Source: Gekko japonicus
Lineage: Eukaryota
NCBI RefSeq assembly: GCF_001447785.1
Contig: NW_015168111.1
Location: forward strand, 1-64,000
DNA length: 64,000 nucleotides
Direction of reading: 5' to 3'
Below, in pieces: positions 11,461-24,272 of this stretch. Positions within the stretch are counted from its first letter, which is position 1. Each line of letters opens with the position of its first letter. A model generated the notes under the pieces. The model did not search any database. It saw only the letters and a list, made by a program, of their open reading frames with translations, and was not told where the DNA came from. The translations under genes and the position numbers were made by a program.

Positions 11461-12504
11461 TAGATAACATACTTTCTTTTCTGATGTTGCATCAGAAACA
11501 TATCTAGCTTGCACAGTTTGGTTTGCCTCTTCTTAAGCATGCCTGCAGTGTGCTCAGCAGGACTGACAGTTCTGAATAATAGAGCTTTGAAACTGAACTA
11601 AATGTTTAATTCTAACAGGTTAACTTTTAATCAGGCTTCCTATATGCTTTGCATTGTATATTTTGATGCTATTTACTTGTCAAGCAAGATTTACAATACA
11701 AATTAAAGCCCATGTCCATTTAAAAATGTTATCAAATAAACAGGGTTGAAATCTGATAAATCACAAGTGCCTACACAATATAAAAAATGGTAAAGAGATG
11801 TTTGGTCAGGATTTTGTGCAACTAATTATATGTTATATATTTAATATTTTTCTATTCTATTGCTCCAAAATGTTACTATCAGAGACATATCAAGATATAA
11901 GGAAACCAATGTAAAACTGTACAAAATCAGTGCAACCTAAATTACAATCCCTAAACAATCACCAGTGAAAAATCAACCCCATATCAGCATCAACAAAATC
12001 ATAACCACCCGACTGGGAGGGGGGGGGATCAGAAGTGAAAAGTCAGTAAAACATCAAGATTCTCAGCATAAAATTATAAGACAGTAAAGAACCAATCAAA
12101 GAAAACAATCCAAAACAATATAGAAAATAGATTAAAAGTATAAGATATCCAAGTGGCCAAACAGCCAGGTAGAATATAATAAACTCAACTAAAAACTTGG
12201 GATTTTTTTTAAAAAATCTCAGCCTAAAGAAAATAAACAGCAGGCTGACTTGGTGGTGGGGGAGAGATGAATCCCCCCACAACCCAGCTCCTTGTTGCCT
12301 TCCACCTGAGTTTCTTGGAGGGGATATGCAGAGATGGGCTTGCAAGAATTGTGCCACTAGAGTTTATGTTTTTGGTGCAAGTATTAATCTTGTGGAGTAT
12401 AGTTAGGCAAAGCAATTATTTATTAATCTTTTCTTCACAACCCCTTCCATATTAGCTATGTTGTTTCTCCAGATCTCTTTTTTGTTAGTGTATTGTGACT
12501 CTTA

Positions 12505-12760
12505 AGCCAGTATGGTTTAGCAATTAGAATGAAAGGGTAGGTAGGAGATGGGAAACCTAGGTTCCAATCTCTATTGAGTCACAATGTTCAGAGGATGATC
12601 TCTGGCCTCTCTCTCTCTCTCTCTCTAACTTTCATGTTCAGAGGATGATCTTGGGCCTCTCTCTCTCTCTCTAACTTTCACTGGGTTGTTGTGAGGTTCA
12701 AATAGAGAAGGGAGAACTGTATGCCACCCTGAGAAAGTACAAGGGAGGGTAGATAATAAT
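12505..12760 (+). mobile_element. Degraded Squam3-like SINE with internal ~50-bp duplication
   Basis: agccagtatggtttag head and gggttgttgtgagg body; atgttcagaggatgatc...(CT)n aactttc occurs twice. Confidence 0.6.
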
Positions 12761-13334
12761 TTGACTGGTCTATTTTTATCTTTTAAAAATGTCTGAAACA
12801 TTATTTATAGTCACCAGGATGTCATCCCCAAGTTTATAATAATCACTGTTTTCCAACTTTTGGGGAGTGCCTTATATACTGATAAATGATAAATGAACCC
12901 AGGATTCCTGAATATTTCACAGGATTCTAGAATATGTTTTGAGCTCGGAGAGTTGAGTAGCTAATAGCATAACTAAACAGAAAACTGGGTAATACCCTGC
13001 TTGAATCTTACCCAAGCGACAAACTTCCTTAGTTTCTTTCACACCTCAATTTGCAATTTGTAATATGGAGATAGTAACACTGTGATCTTTACAACCCCCT
13101 TCTGAAGAGATTAGAGAGATAGATTATGTGAAGTGGCGTTATACTCCGAACTAGATTTTCTATTCATGCTAGACTTTGGATGAACCTGTTGGAAGCAAAC
13201 ATCACCTTTCTGGCAGACTTAGTACATGACCTGGACCATACCCATTACTCTCCTGAATTTGCCCCGCTAGGTCAGTTTTGGTTCATACACAATTGCCAAC
13301 AACATTTATTAATCAGAATGGGAGAGTCCTCTGG

Positions 13335-13625
13335 CTTACCTTATTAAATGTTTACCTATCTGAGTGATTTTAACGATGGATAGAAGCCTAAGCAGCTGTT
13401 TTCCTGTAGGCTGGAAGATCTTTTGTCTTTAGTATATAGGTGACAAAAAATTTTGTATGGTCCCTTCATTGTATAATTCGAGCTGCTCTCAGAAAATGAG
13501 TTTTTATATGTAGCATGCTTCCTTCTGCCCAGTGTGTTTCTGTTCTCAAGGGAAACTTGAGGATATTGTCTTTTCCAGATGACTCATTAAACATAACTTG
13601 ATTGGGCAATAAACGCTTCCCTAAT
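13335..13625 (-). promoter_or_regulatory. Candidate OR-2 proximal promoter and non-coding exon 1
   Basis: Minus-strand TATAAAA ~13502-13508, O/E-like ttctcaagggaa 13543-13554, E-box cagatg 13576-13581, homeodomain site TAATGA (tcatta 13584-13589), donor AAG|GTAAGC at 13339. Confidence 0.62.
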
Positions 13626-14329
13626 TATAAGACATTTTCAAATAATAAACAAACACACTACCCTAAAGATGAGTTATGGCTAGGAACTTTGGCAACAGTC
13701 ATGGCTGGCAGATAAAGGTCTGTATAGCTTTGTAAATATAAAAGGGAAAAAATAAAGCTGAAGGATGCTATTTGCACAGTTCCTTTGAGGAATGAACTAG
13801 ACATTTGGGAAAACATTGGGCTGTCATCAGAAGAGGAATCTGCTACCCTAGTTCTTCCCTGTTATTCTTAACAACAGATAGCAAAAGTCTCGTACAATTT
13901 TGCATCTGTTGTATTTAGGGACGCACCCCACTTACATTTCTGCCAGGCTACATCTCCCAAACCTCAATGTTTAGATGAAAGATACAGTACTTTTAGTAAA
14001 TAAAATGTTTATTTAAAACATTTTGTACCATGCCTTTCCCTAGTTTGTATGCAAGCACAGTGTTTGAGACTCTGGAGAAGGAAACAGGACAGGAAAGTTA
14101 CAGTGAAGAATGAGAACTGCCCCAAACAGGAAAACAAAGAATAAGGAGGAGGGACTAAAGAAGCCAAAAAGCCACAGAGTTTGGATGAGAGATTCCCAAA
14201 AGAAGAGGAAGATACAAGAAGTAGCTAGTAAGGCCATAAGGCAATGACCCAGGGCAAAGCACAGTCTTGGGGCTCTCCTCTTGCATCATCCCAAACTCTG
14301 TCAATAATTATCATGATGGATAGCAGTCT

Positions 14330-14780
14330 TTCTGTAGCAGTAGTAAAAGAGTAAGGGTCCAGTAGCACCTTAAAGACGAACAACATTTGTAGCAGGGTAT
14401 GAGATTTTCTGAGTCACTGCTAATTTCTTCAGATACAGCTAGAATGTGAGTTCATCTGTCCTCTATATTGGAAAGTGGAGTGATTTCAGATGTGGAATGA
14501 CATTAGCATGCAAATAACAATAGCAGGTGAATGACAATGGCAGGCACAATTGTATTAGGTGAGATATGCAGAGGGATAGTGATGTGGAGAAATCAGCATT
14601 GGTAATAAGATAGGAAACCTAGGTCTCAATTAAGACCAGGTGGATGCATTGTCTTGAGCTTCATTATCAGTTGCAATTCAGCAGTCACTCTTTCTAATTT
14701 CCCTTTGGAAATCCTTTGTAAGAAAACTGCTACTCTTAGGTCAGCAACTGACTGTCCTGGAAGGTTAAAATTTTCCCACA
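14330..14780 (-). mobile_element. Penelope-like element 3' fragment
   Basis: Minus strand encodes a FNLPGQSVADLRVAV...LERVTAELQLI...GLN remnant (GIY-YIG C-terminus-like), followed by the terminal repeat region. A related terminal fragment lies at ~17925-18010. Confidence 0.75.
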
Positions 14781-15435
14781 CCTAGCAAAGGGAAAATTAC
14801 AGGGGAACCAGTCAACTCATAGGAACAGACTAATTTAGCACCTTACCTATGTAAATACCCCTACCCAGAAGAAGGATAAAGGACAATAAGGTCATACCTA
14901 GGGAACAGTGAGAGGAGGAAATTCCAAGATAAATGTATCTCTTCCTGCTAGAGAGGAATAAATTGAATGACATGGGCAATCTTAGAGAATCCACTGGGAG
15001 GCTGGGGCTGTGGTCAGTTGCCCCTCCAGTGTGGGGCAGTGTGGACACCAAGAAGAACCTCTCTCTGTCTTGGCCGTATTGTCTCAAGCAGTTAAGAAAT
15101 AAGCCATTCTTGTTTACACCTGGACTCAGCACATAGTCTGGGGATCACAATGGGGTATAAACACATACAGAGGAACTGATATAATGAAATACACCTGACT
15201 ACTTAAAACTCCAAGAATAAATAGCCCATATCAATTTAATATTTTTAACATATGTACAGAGTTTAGGTAAAGATGATATGTGGTTTTATCACCTTTTTAA
15301 TATTTGTGTTTGGTGTGATCTTTTTACAGATCACATGGGCATTTTTATTGGTTGTTTTAACATGAAACCTGGTCTCTGTACCCACATTAAGCTTTATTCG
15401 GTCACACCTTCCAAAGAGTGAGAATGGGATGAGGC

Positions 15436-15900
15436 CATAGTTCCCTCTAAACTGCACTAGGGGGCGCTGGTGCACAAACTTTTTAACAGGCAGTGCAGGG
15501 ATTACTGCTTCAGCCCTCAAGGCATTTCCCCCTCCATTGGAAACAATGGAGGATGGGGGCACCTCCTTCTGGGGCCCATAGAATTGGGCCTCCGCATCCA
15601 GTCTTTTTGAAACTTGGGGGGGGGGTGTTGAGGAGAGGCACCAGCAGCTATGCTGCAAATTTAGTGCCTTTACCTCAAAAAACAGCTCCCCCAGAGCCCC
15701 AGATACCGATGAGTGAAGTAAATATAATTTAAAATAATTTATTCTGAGATTTTTACAAGGTTATGGAAATAGTCTTCTAAAAATAAATTATGTGATGGCC
15801 AAATGTAGACTCACTCACAACTTTAATACTACTTGGTTTTGGTTTTGCTCATGAGGTAGACTTTCTGTTCACAACACTGTGGAGCTTAGAGGGAACATTG
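15436..15900. mobile_element. hAT-type MITE
   Basis: TIRs catagttccctctaa / ttagagggaacattg; 8-bp TSD gatgaggc / gacgaggc. Confidence 0.85.
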
Positions 15901-17474
15901 GACGAGGCAGGAAGTTTTTCATTTCCACTGTAGCTAGTATGAATGAAATATGAGACACAGCATACAGGCGGGAGGTTTAAATGACAATGAGACAAAGAAG
16001 TCTACATGTACTAATCCTTCTAGCAGGAGGTGCTTTTCAGATTCCTTGGTGGCAACAGAAATACTCAAAAGAATATAGCAGAACTATAAGGGAAATAAGG
16101 GAAGATGGTACCTTGCAGGCTGGAAACCCAGGATAGCAGCAGAATTTGAAAACTCCTTAGTGAACAGGAATGGGTCTTACAAGACCATTTCCTAACAGAC
16201 ATACTTAAGTTATTGTTGTTGTAGTAATTATTATGGACTGTCACAGCCAGATATTTGACTAGTAGACGGTGTAATCGAAAGTCCCAAAGAATCTTTGTCT
16301 TATATAGTACTAGGAGTAAGGCCCATTGTGGAAATAAATACATTGAGCTCTAGAAAGATGCTCTGGGCAGGTGTCCTGGCCTTGGGCACTCAGTGTCAAT
16401 TTGCTGTGGCAACCTCAGCAGGGTATAATGACACCGAGTCCACCATTTTCTCCAGAGGAACTGATTTCTGCTACCTGAAGAACAGTTGTAATTTTGAGTG
16501 CTCTCCAGCCTTCACCAGGAGATTGGCAACAATGGTTCCCCAGGAGGGAATGGCTGGTTTGGAGGGTGGAGTCTATGGCATTGTACCTGTCTGAGGTCCC
16601 ACCCCTCCTCAAACCCCACCCTCTCCAGGCTCCACCCCTCAAATCTCCAGGAATTTTCCAACCTGGCATTGGCAACCCTATCTCCTTCCCAGCCAACCAT
16701 CAAGCTACCTTGATCTGCTCCTCTGACTTCAGCTTTCCATCTACTTCCCCCTCCCTCCTGGAGGGGGAAAGAGGGGTTACCTTTGACCACCAAAACAATT
16801 CAGATGATGGGACTACCATGGACTGAAGCCATTCATGATAGGGGATGTAGTAAGGGGAATTTTGCCTGGGACTAGAGTTGAATTAAAGTTCTGTTTGGAA
16901 AGTCCAAAGTATGCCTCAGACCAAGTTAATTGCTTCTGTAGGCACCTGTGCCTAAGGAATTCAAAAGATAACAGGCTTAGAACTTTCTAGGGATTTAACT
17001 ATTCATGAGGGCATCAAGTTTGTTGTCTGCAGTTGGTAAGGTGCAGAAAAATATTCTAGTTGTATATGCCCTTCTGAATATTTTACTTCTGAATGGTATG
17101 AAGGCTACTGGATCTTCCACCCTTAACCATTCCGTTCTCTGTTCTGGATCTTGCATTCTTTATTATTTTTATTTGGTTCAAATAAATGTATTAGTCCAGG
17201 GTTATTTTTGCGGTTTCTCCCTAGTGGATCAATGTCCAACATGTCATTTTTGACATTTTAATGTGCTTTCAAATATATCTTAAACGTCCAAGGACCTGAG
17301 GCATGCAATATTTTGTTGCAAATTCTACTAATAGTATAGTCCTCTCCCACTAGAGGACTCCTTTGTAGTGAATAGTGGATTAACCTTTAATGGATGAGAA
17401 ATGTTGGATCCAACCCACTGCCAGTAAGTTAGTAGATCTTTCCAATACTTCAAATAAAATCTAAAAATTCAGAT

Positions 17475-17627
17475 AAGAACCTCAAAGGAAGATGTATACA
17501 TTATATTAGTTCAATAGGTATCTGTGAGATTACCCTGCATGTTCTATGCTTGGAAGAACCTCAAAGGAAGATGTATACATATTAGTTCAATAGGTATTGT
17601 GAGATTACCCTGCATGTTCTATGCTTG
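17475..17627. repeat. ~78-bp tandem duplication
   Basis: aagaacctcaaaggaagatg...gttctatgcttg occurs twice. Confidence 0.9.
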
Positions 17628-17717
17628 AACAATGGTGTACTGTCGGATCCTCATATAATGAGAGCATTGAACATTTTTATACCATGTAAGTATTGTGCAG
17701 GGAGGGAAGGTGGCATG

Positions 17718-17872
17718 TATAGCCCAGTCTCATCAGATCTCAGAAGCTAAACAGGGTCAGTACTTGGATAGGAGACCACCAAGGAAAGGCAATGGCAAAC
17801 CACCTCTACTTCTCACTTGCTTTGAAAACCACTTACTTGGTCACCATGAGTCAGTTGTGACTTAGCAGCACT
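17718..17872 (+). mobile_element. 5S rRNA-derived SINE with RTE-like tail
   Basis: Head tctcatcagatctcagaagctaaacagggtc...tacttggataggagacc resembles 5S rRNA; tail aggcaatggcaaaccacctc is RTE/BovB-like. Confidence 0.75.
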
Positions 17873-20111
17873 TACTTGCATATATAAGTATGGGACAATA
17901 TTTTTCCAGGTTTTTTTTAAAGAAGTTTGACTCCAGTGGCACCTTTAAGACCAACAAAGTTGTATTCAAGGTATAAGCTTCCATGTGCATGCAGTTCCTC
18001 ACAGATATCTACTGCTTGTACAGTTATTTTAGTAGTTACTTGTATTCATAGTAGAAGTGGCAGTAGTTCTGGTAGCAAACAGAGTAGTCCTACTGAAATA
18101 GAAATTAATCAATAGAAGCACGATTGTTGTTCATTTTGGAGGATAGGCTTTGATTTGTATCCCAGGGTAGCATAAATCCAATTTGGATTCTGACCAGTCT
18201 CTAGTAGGTCCTAGATGGTGCCTTCAAACGATCTGCTGGCTTGTTCTATCCATGTAGGAACTCAGCTGGAAACCCTATTACAGATGAAGATCTGTCCAAA
18301 GTACTCAAAGAAGTTGCCAGGGCTTCCATAGATCAATGGATCTGAGACCAGGTAAGTGATCTTGTCTAAAGCAGGAAGTTCTGTGTGTATACAGAGTTTC
18401 ATGTTTTGATATAAAACTATTATATGCAATTCAATATAGCCTGTTGCTGTATTCCGATGGAATGGTTTGTCACTATGAAAATGAACTTGGGAAGTTCTGG
18501 GGCTCATGTGTTCCTTTTCCATCACTCATGGCTCCAGTACCAAAGACTTCTGGTTCACAGCAAATTATTATTATTAAGTCTCAACCACAAACAAGGGTTT
18601 GTTTCTTTTCTATAAACCACAATTCCAAACCATGGTTGTTTAATCTCGGTTTGCTGTTCTAGTATGCAGGCAAAAACAACAACAACAACAAAACTAAATT
18701 ATAATTCACTTTGCAAGTAAAATATTTTTTAAAGTCTGCTAAGCAAGTTTTTTTTAAGTCTGATGTCAATATAGTTTGATTGAACACATATGAAGCTGCC
18801 TTCTACTAAATTATACCATTGGTCTATTGAGATCATTACTGTCTATTCAGATTGGCAGTGGCTCGCCAGGATTTATGCAGAGATCTTTGACATCATCTGC
18901 TACCTAATCCTTTTAGTTAGAGATTTCTGAGACTGAACCTGGGTCTTTTTCTATGCAAAGAAGCTCCTTTGCTAGGGAAGTATGACGTCTTCCCATAGTG
19001 GCTATTGAAAACATTGCCAATGTGTGTTTCTAGTCTACAGCATTCTCATTGGGAGTTTCTTGCCAGAGTCTTCATCTCACACGCACACCCTGCTGGAAGG
19101 AAGGAAATGGCTCGACTATATGGCATAGCATGTCCATCAGTAGGCAAACACTTCATTTAATATCAGCCTGATGCTACTACCCACAATGCAATGTGTAGGT
19201 CAGTTGTGATATGGCTGCACAACATAACAAAGGCACATGATCAGCAGAGCCACATGGTTTAGCTCTTGCTAAACATCATCACTTTGGATTGAGGATGAGG
19301 GGGCCTTGACATGTCTCTATGATCCATGTAACTAAGAAAGCTCTTTTGCTTAATGTGTACATTAAAAATATATGAGCTACAAGTTTACATGTGTCTTATG
19401 TACCTTTATATGTTCACACATTACTTCAATGCTTTCAGATGGTTTCAGTCAATTCACATTGAAAGAAGGAGAAATTCAGTTTTGTATGATATTCAACATT
19501 TTTACAATATTCCCCAAAAAGAGTGGGGGTCGATGTATTTTGGACCACAGGTAATCAGTGGGGTTAACTACGTTTACAAGGTCGAATGTTGAGAACATGA
19601 ATTTAAAAGAAATATTAAATAAATTAGTCCCAGCACATTTTAATGAAACAATGTCCAGTGAAGTGATACACATGCAATGTCTCGGAAGTCACTTGTAGCT
19701 ATTTGGCACAATACTTGTGGTTTTTCAAAGCAACATTCCCCCAGTGTGGCATCTGCTTCATGTTCCAGGAAACTGATCTAGGCCATTGTCTGGTGGGGCT
19801 TGTGGTTTGCAGGTTGTTCACACCTTGAAACAGCCCTTGCCAGAGGGACTGGAGGATGGGTAAGCTGTGAGCCTCACTGATTTGTGGGACTCATTCCAGG
19901 AATAGAAATAATGGGCCAGCCCTCTCCAAGAACACCACGATTCTTCTCTGCAGCATCTGGTTATAATTATACATTTAATATTACTACTTATATTATCATA
20001 TGTGTGTGTTTGGTGAAGTGATGTGCCAGGCATGCAGTGATTTGGCTCTTTTGGTTGATGGTAATTGCGAATGTAGCTCACCATGAGCCTAAGGGTGAAT
20101 ACTGTTGGTCA

Positions 20112-20321
20112 AGACCCTAGTGTATGGGCTCAGGCACTATTGCCACTGTCTGAGCTGTTTTGTTTTGTTTACAAAGAACTGCAATATTTATTTAGTATAG
20201 TGAATAGTTAGCAGCTAGACCCTAGTGTATGGGCTCAGGCACTAGTGCGACTGTCTGAGCTTTTTTTGTTTTGCTTACAAAGAACTGCAAAATTTATTTA
20301 GTATAGTGAATAGTTAGCAGC
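20112..20321. repeat. ~105-bp tandem duplication
   Basis: agaccctagtgtatgggctcaggcact...tagttagcagc occurs twice. Confidence 0.9.
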
Positions 20322-20797
20322 CTATTTTTAAGTAGAATTGAAACAGCAGAGATGATCAGGGCTGATGCATCAACAGGCCTTGTAGCTTCCCAGAAGACTG
20401 GACTGCCTCATATTTTAGTGAATATATTTTAATGCAGATATTTTTGCTCACAAAAAAAAAAATTGTGAAAACATATGCACATGTTGCTGGACATGGAATA
20501 AGGTTCTGCACATTGTGTTTTTTCAGTAAGTTCTGCCACCACTAGGAACACTGTGTGCCTGATGTAATTTAAATAAGAACCTTAGCACGATTAAATTGCC
20601 ATTTTAAAAAGTTATATAACAGACAGGGTTGCCAACACTACACTGGGAAATTCCTGGAAATCTGTGAGTGGTACCTGGGGAGCTGGAAATCCATAGAGTC
20701 CATCCTGTGAACTTTTCATTCCCTCCAGGAAAATAGATCTCTGTAACCTGGAGAGCAATTGTAATTCTGGGGGAACTCCAGGTCCCACTTGGAAGTA

Positions 20798-20940
20798 AAG
20801 GTAAAGGTTTCCCTTGCTCGAAAGCCAGTCGAATCCGACTCTAGGGTTGCGGTGCTCATCTCCGTTTCAAAGCCGAAGAGCCAGCACTGTCCCACAGCCT
20901 GCAGTTCAGCGTCTTAACCACTTGAGCCACCGCAGCTCCA
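20798..20940 (-). mobile_element. Internally deleted Sauria SINE inserted in a MITE
   Basis: Head and tail joined directly; 14-bp TSD cccacttggaagta at 20784-20797 and 20941-20954. Confidence 0.85.
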
Positions 20941-21318
20941 CCCACTTGGAAGTAGGTAACCCTAATAACAGAACACTTCTACTGAAATGGAAACTGTGCA
21001 AAATTACATTTATACAACTTGAAGGGGAAACAGAGTGTAGTAAAATTTCCCTGCAGTTCTCAAATAACAGATGTCAAGGCATAGGAAAACATGGTGGCCA
21101 AGATTCAAATGTAGCTGAGAAATCCGAGACTCTGTGACAATGAAAAGGAAGGAGGAAGAGGCTTAGAGGTAGAAAAGTTGGTTTAGAATGTTTCAGTCAA
21201 TGAGATCTGATACACAATCTGCTAATCAAGAGTTAGAGTTGTATAATTGAGGCACTGCAAGCAGAGCTTTTTACAGTCATGACTTATACTGTCATTGCAG
21301 GTTGAGTTGGTGAGAAAG

Positions 21319-22248
21319 ATGTGGGGCCAGAATTTGTCCTCTGTATATGAGTTCACTCTTTTAGGCTTCACCAGTCCCCCCACTTTGGAGCCTCTCCTCA
21401 TGGTTACATTCCTCGCCATGTCTCTGGCCACTGTGATTGGAAACAGCCTGATTATCTTCTTGGTCTGGACTGATTCCCACCTCCACACAGCTATGTACTT
21501 TTTCATTGGGAATCTTTCTTTGCTGGACATCCTCTTCACATTGATCACAATCCCTCAAATGCTTATCCACATGGCCTCTGGGATTAGGACCATCGCTTTC
21601 AACAGATGCATGGTCCAACTCAACCTGACTCTCTCTTGTGGGATGACTGAATGCTTCATCCTGGCTGTCATGGCATATGACCGCTATGTAGCTATCTGTC
21701 AGCCACTGCGTTACCCCACCCTGATGAGAATGCAGGTGTGCATGCAGATGGCTGGGGCCTGCTGGACTGGGGCATTCCTTAATGCTGTGGTGTTGACATC
21801 AGTCATGGCATCCTTCCCTTTCTGTGGGCCCAATGAGATCAACCATTTCTATTGTGAGTTGCCACCTATGCTACAGCTAGCCTGCATGGACACATACATG
21901 GTGGAGGTTCTCATCTTTGCCCTCAGCGTTATTGTCCTCATGATGCCTTTCACCTTCATAGTGATCTCTTACATCCAGATTGCACGGGTGGTGTTCAGCA
22001 TGAATTCAGCCAAGGGACGCCAACGGGCATTTTCTACCTGTGCCACACATCTCACTGTCGTCACATTGTTCTATACTACCATTGGCTTCACTCACTTGCA
22101 GCCCCGCTCCAACCGTGCTTCAGATCAGGAGAAGAGAGCTTCAGTCTTCTATGCGCTGGTCTCCCCAATGCTGAACCCTGTCATCTACAGCTTAAGGAAT
22201 AAGGATGTTAAAGGGGCTTTGTCCAAAATGATGGGGAAAGCTGCTTAA
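21319..22248 (+). CDS. Olfactory receptor, class II (OR-3), intact, 309 aa
   Basis: LHTAMYFFIGNLS, MAYDRYVAICQPLRY, RAFSTCATHL, PMLNPVIYSLRNKDV; first ATG at 21319, after acceptor tcattgcag (ends 21300). Confidence 0.95.
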   Translation: MWGQNLSSVYEFTLLGFTSPPTLEPLLMVTFLAMSLATVIGNSLIIFLVWTDSHLHTAMYFFIGNLSLLDILFTLITIPQMLIHMASGIRTIAFNRCMVQLNLTLSCGMTECFILAVMAYDRYVAICQPLRYPTLMRMQVCMQMAGACWTGAFLNAVVLTSVMASFPFCGPNEINHFYCELPPMLQLACMDTYMVEVLIFALSVIVLMMPFTFIVISYIQIARVVFSMNSAKGRQRAFSTCATHLTVVTLFYTTIGFTHLQPRSNRASDQEKRASVFYALVSPMLNPVIYSLRNKDVKGALSKMMGKAA

Positions 22249-22505
22249 GTTGTCATCCACATGGAGCATTGTTGCATGTACACAATCTGTTTTTTCTCAG
22301 ATATTTGGGTCATTACATCAACAGTAGGAGGTGATTTTGTCGTTGTTGCTTAGTGAATGGGCAGATGTGTACTTAAATTACCTTAACAGTCTTTCATCAT
22401 TCCCCGGGAAACTGGGAATTGTAATTTGCATTGAGATGGGTTAGGTTGGTCTAGGGATCCTTAACAAAGCATTCTCAGATTTTAAATATCTGCACAACAC
22501 TTAGA

Positions 22506-22632
22506 ATGATCTACATGAAACATTTAATCAGTTTTAGTCCAGCTTGTTTTTTTCAGAACATGATCTACATGATCTACATGATCTACATGAAACATTTAAT
22601 CAGTTTTAGTCCAGCTTGTTTTTTTCAGAACA
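22506..22632. repeat. Tandem duplication with (atgatctac)n slippage
   Basis: atgatctacatgaaacattt...tttcagaaca occurs twice, with extra 9-mers at the junction. Confidence 0.9.
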
Positions 22633-22639
22633 ATTATTG

Positions 22640-23140
22640 CCCCCCCTCCCCCTCAGTTGAAAGAAGGAGACAGACACAGTGCTGGGATAACTAAGGGTCA
22701 CCTTATTTATTCAGCAACTGAAAGCAGCAAGGTCAACCTGACAATGCAGAATGGCAAGGCCAGGGGTCTCCCCCAACCCGTCCTTGCCACATTAGGCAAG
22801 CCTCTTTGCCCCTGGCCCGAGCCATAATTACGTGGCTTGCAGCTGCACCAAGCCCCTCCAGCCCCCAAGCAGCACAACTTAGGAGGCAGGGCTATCCAGG
22901 GGGTTCCTACAGGCAGCCTGCATTCCCAGCCCTGAGCCACACAAACTGAAGCCTGGTCTTGACAGACCACTTGCCCCCCCAAAAAGGTGGGGGGAGCCAA
23001 TTGATGCTCCTCAATCCACTTCTCCTTACCCCACACTATCCCGCCAAGTGACCAACCTATTTAAATGGCACCACCAGGCCAATTGCCCAATACCCCTGCT
23101 GATGGTGTAGGGTAGGCGAAAATACCCTCCTCATAATAAT
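22640..23140 (-). mobile_element. LTR/DIRS-like terminal repeat (unclassified)
   Basis: GC-rich block with minus-strand AATAAA (~22706) and TATA-like tatttaaa; no coding evidence. Confidence 0.3.
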
Positions 23141-23624
23141 ATCAAGTGCTAAATACAAAGTAATGAAGGAGGTAGTGGGATCACAGTGGCAGGCCTGTCC
23201 TTCAGTTTACCTGTGCTTGATATATTTTGGGTAAAGAGGCCTCCATTGAATGGTCTCCATTAAATATACATAAACTCACACACATCTGGGTGCTGGCCCA
23301 TAGCTATGGTGGGGCTATTGGTGGCTCCGCCCCCTCTCTTAAAGGGACAGCCCCACAAGGTTTCTGTCCTCCCTTGTCGATGAAGTCTTCAAGCAACTGC
23401 ATGTGGAGGAGTGGGGAATCAAACCCTGCTCTCCCAGATTAAAGTCTGCACTCCTAACCACTACATCAAACTGGCTCCAGAAAGGGGGTTAAAGTTTAAC
23501 CACCCTCTCTGCTCAGCTGGCTGGCAGGAGAAGAGAGGGGGTGGCCGTGTGGCTTTGTTGCCAGCTGCTGAGTCTTCTCCCTTCTAGCAGCTCTTGATGG
23601 TGTGCCATTAACATCTGCATTGTC

Positions 23625-24180
23625 CATCCGGAGCTTGGGGGTGATCCTGAATTCCTCCCTTTCAATGGTGGCTCAGGTCATGAATGTTGTTAAACTGGCA
23701 TTTTGCCACCTTTGCCAGGTTAAAAAGTTCCCTCTGATTTAGCCACAGTGATCCATGCAACAGTCACCTCCAGGTTGGACTACTGTAACTCACTCTATAT
23801 AGGGCTTCCCTTGAGACTGACCTGAAAATTGCAACTGGTCAAGAATGCAGCTGTGTGGGTTCTGACAGAAACATCTTTCAGAGCACATATACAATCGGTG
23901 CTTTATCAGCTGCATTGGCTCCAAATTGAAGACAGGATCAGGTTCAAGGTTTTGGCGGTTCAAGGTTTTGGTGCTGACAGTCTGGGACTGGCATATCCTC
24001 AAGACTGCCTATCCTGGTCTCCCCCAAAGAATGTTACGCTCTAGTGACCAAAGTCTGCTGGTGATCCTTGACCCAAATAGCATCTGGCTGTCCTCAACCA
24101 GGGGCAGGGACTTTTCAGCCTCGTGGAATACTCTTGCAGGGCCTGCAAAACAGAGTTGTTCTACCAGGCATATGGCTGAG
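23625..24180 (+). mobile_element. L2 LINE ORF2 3' fragment
   Basis: DLATVIHATVTSRLDYCNSLYIGLP, QLVKNAA and LHWL...RIRFKVL remnants. Confidence 0.85.
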
Positions 24181-24272
24181 GGCAGCGACTGGCTCTATCT
24201 TGACAGTTTCCACCTTGGATTGACCTCATCCCTTTCTCCCCTTTTCCCTTGCCCTTTTCTTCTCATCAGACA

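Noticed and set aside
17718-17790. 5S rRNA gene
   Set aside because: Partial, diverged and fused to an RTE-like tail.
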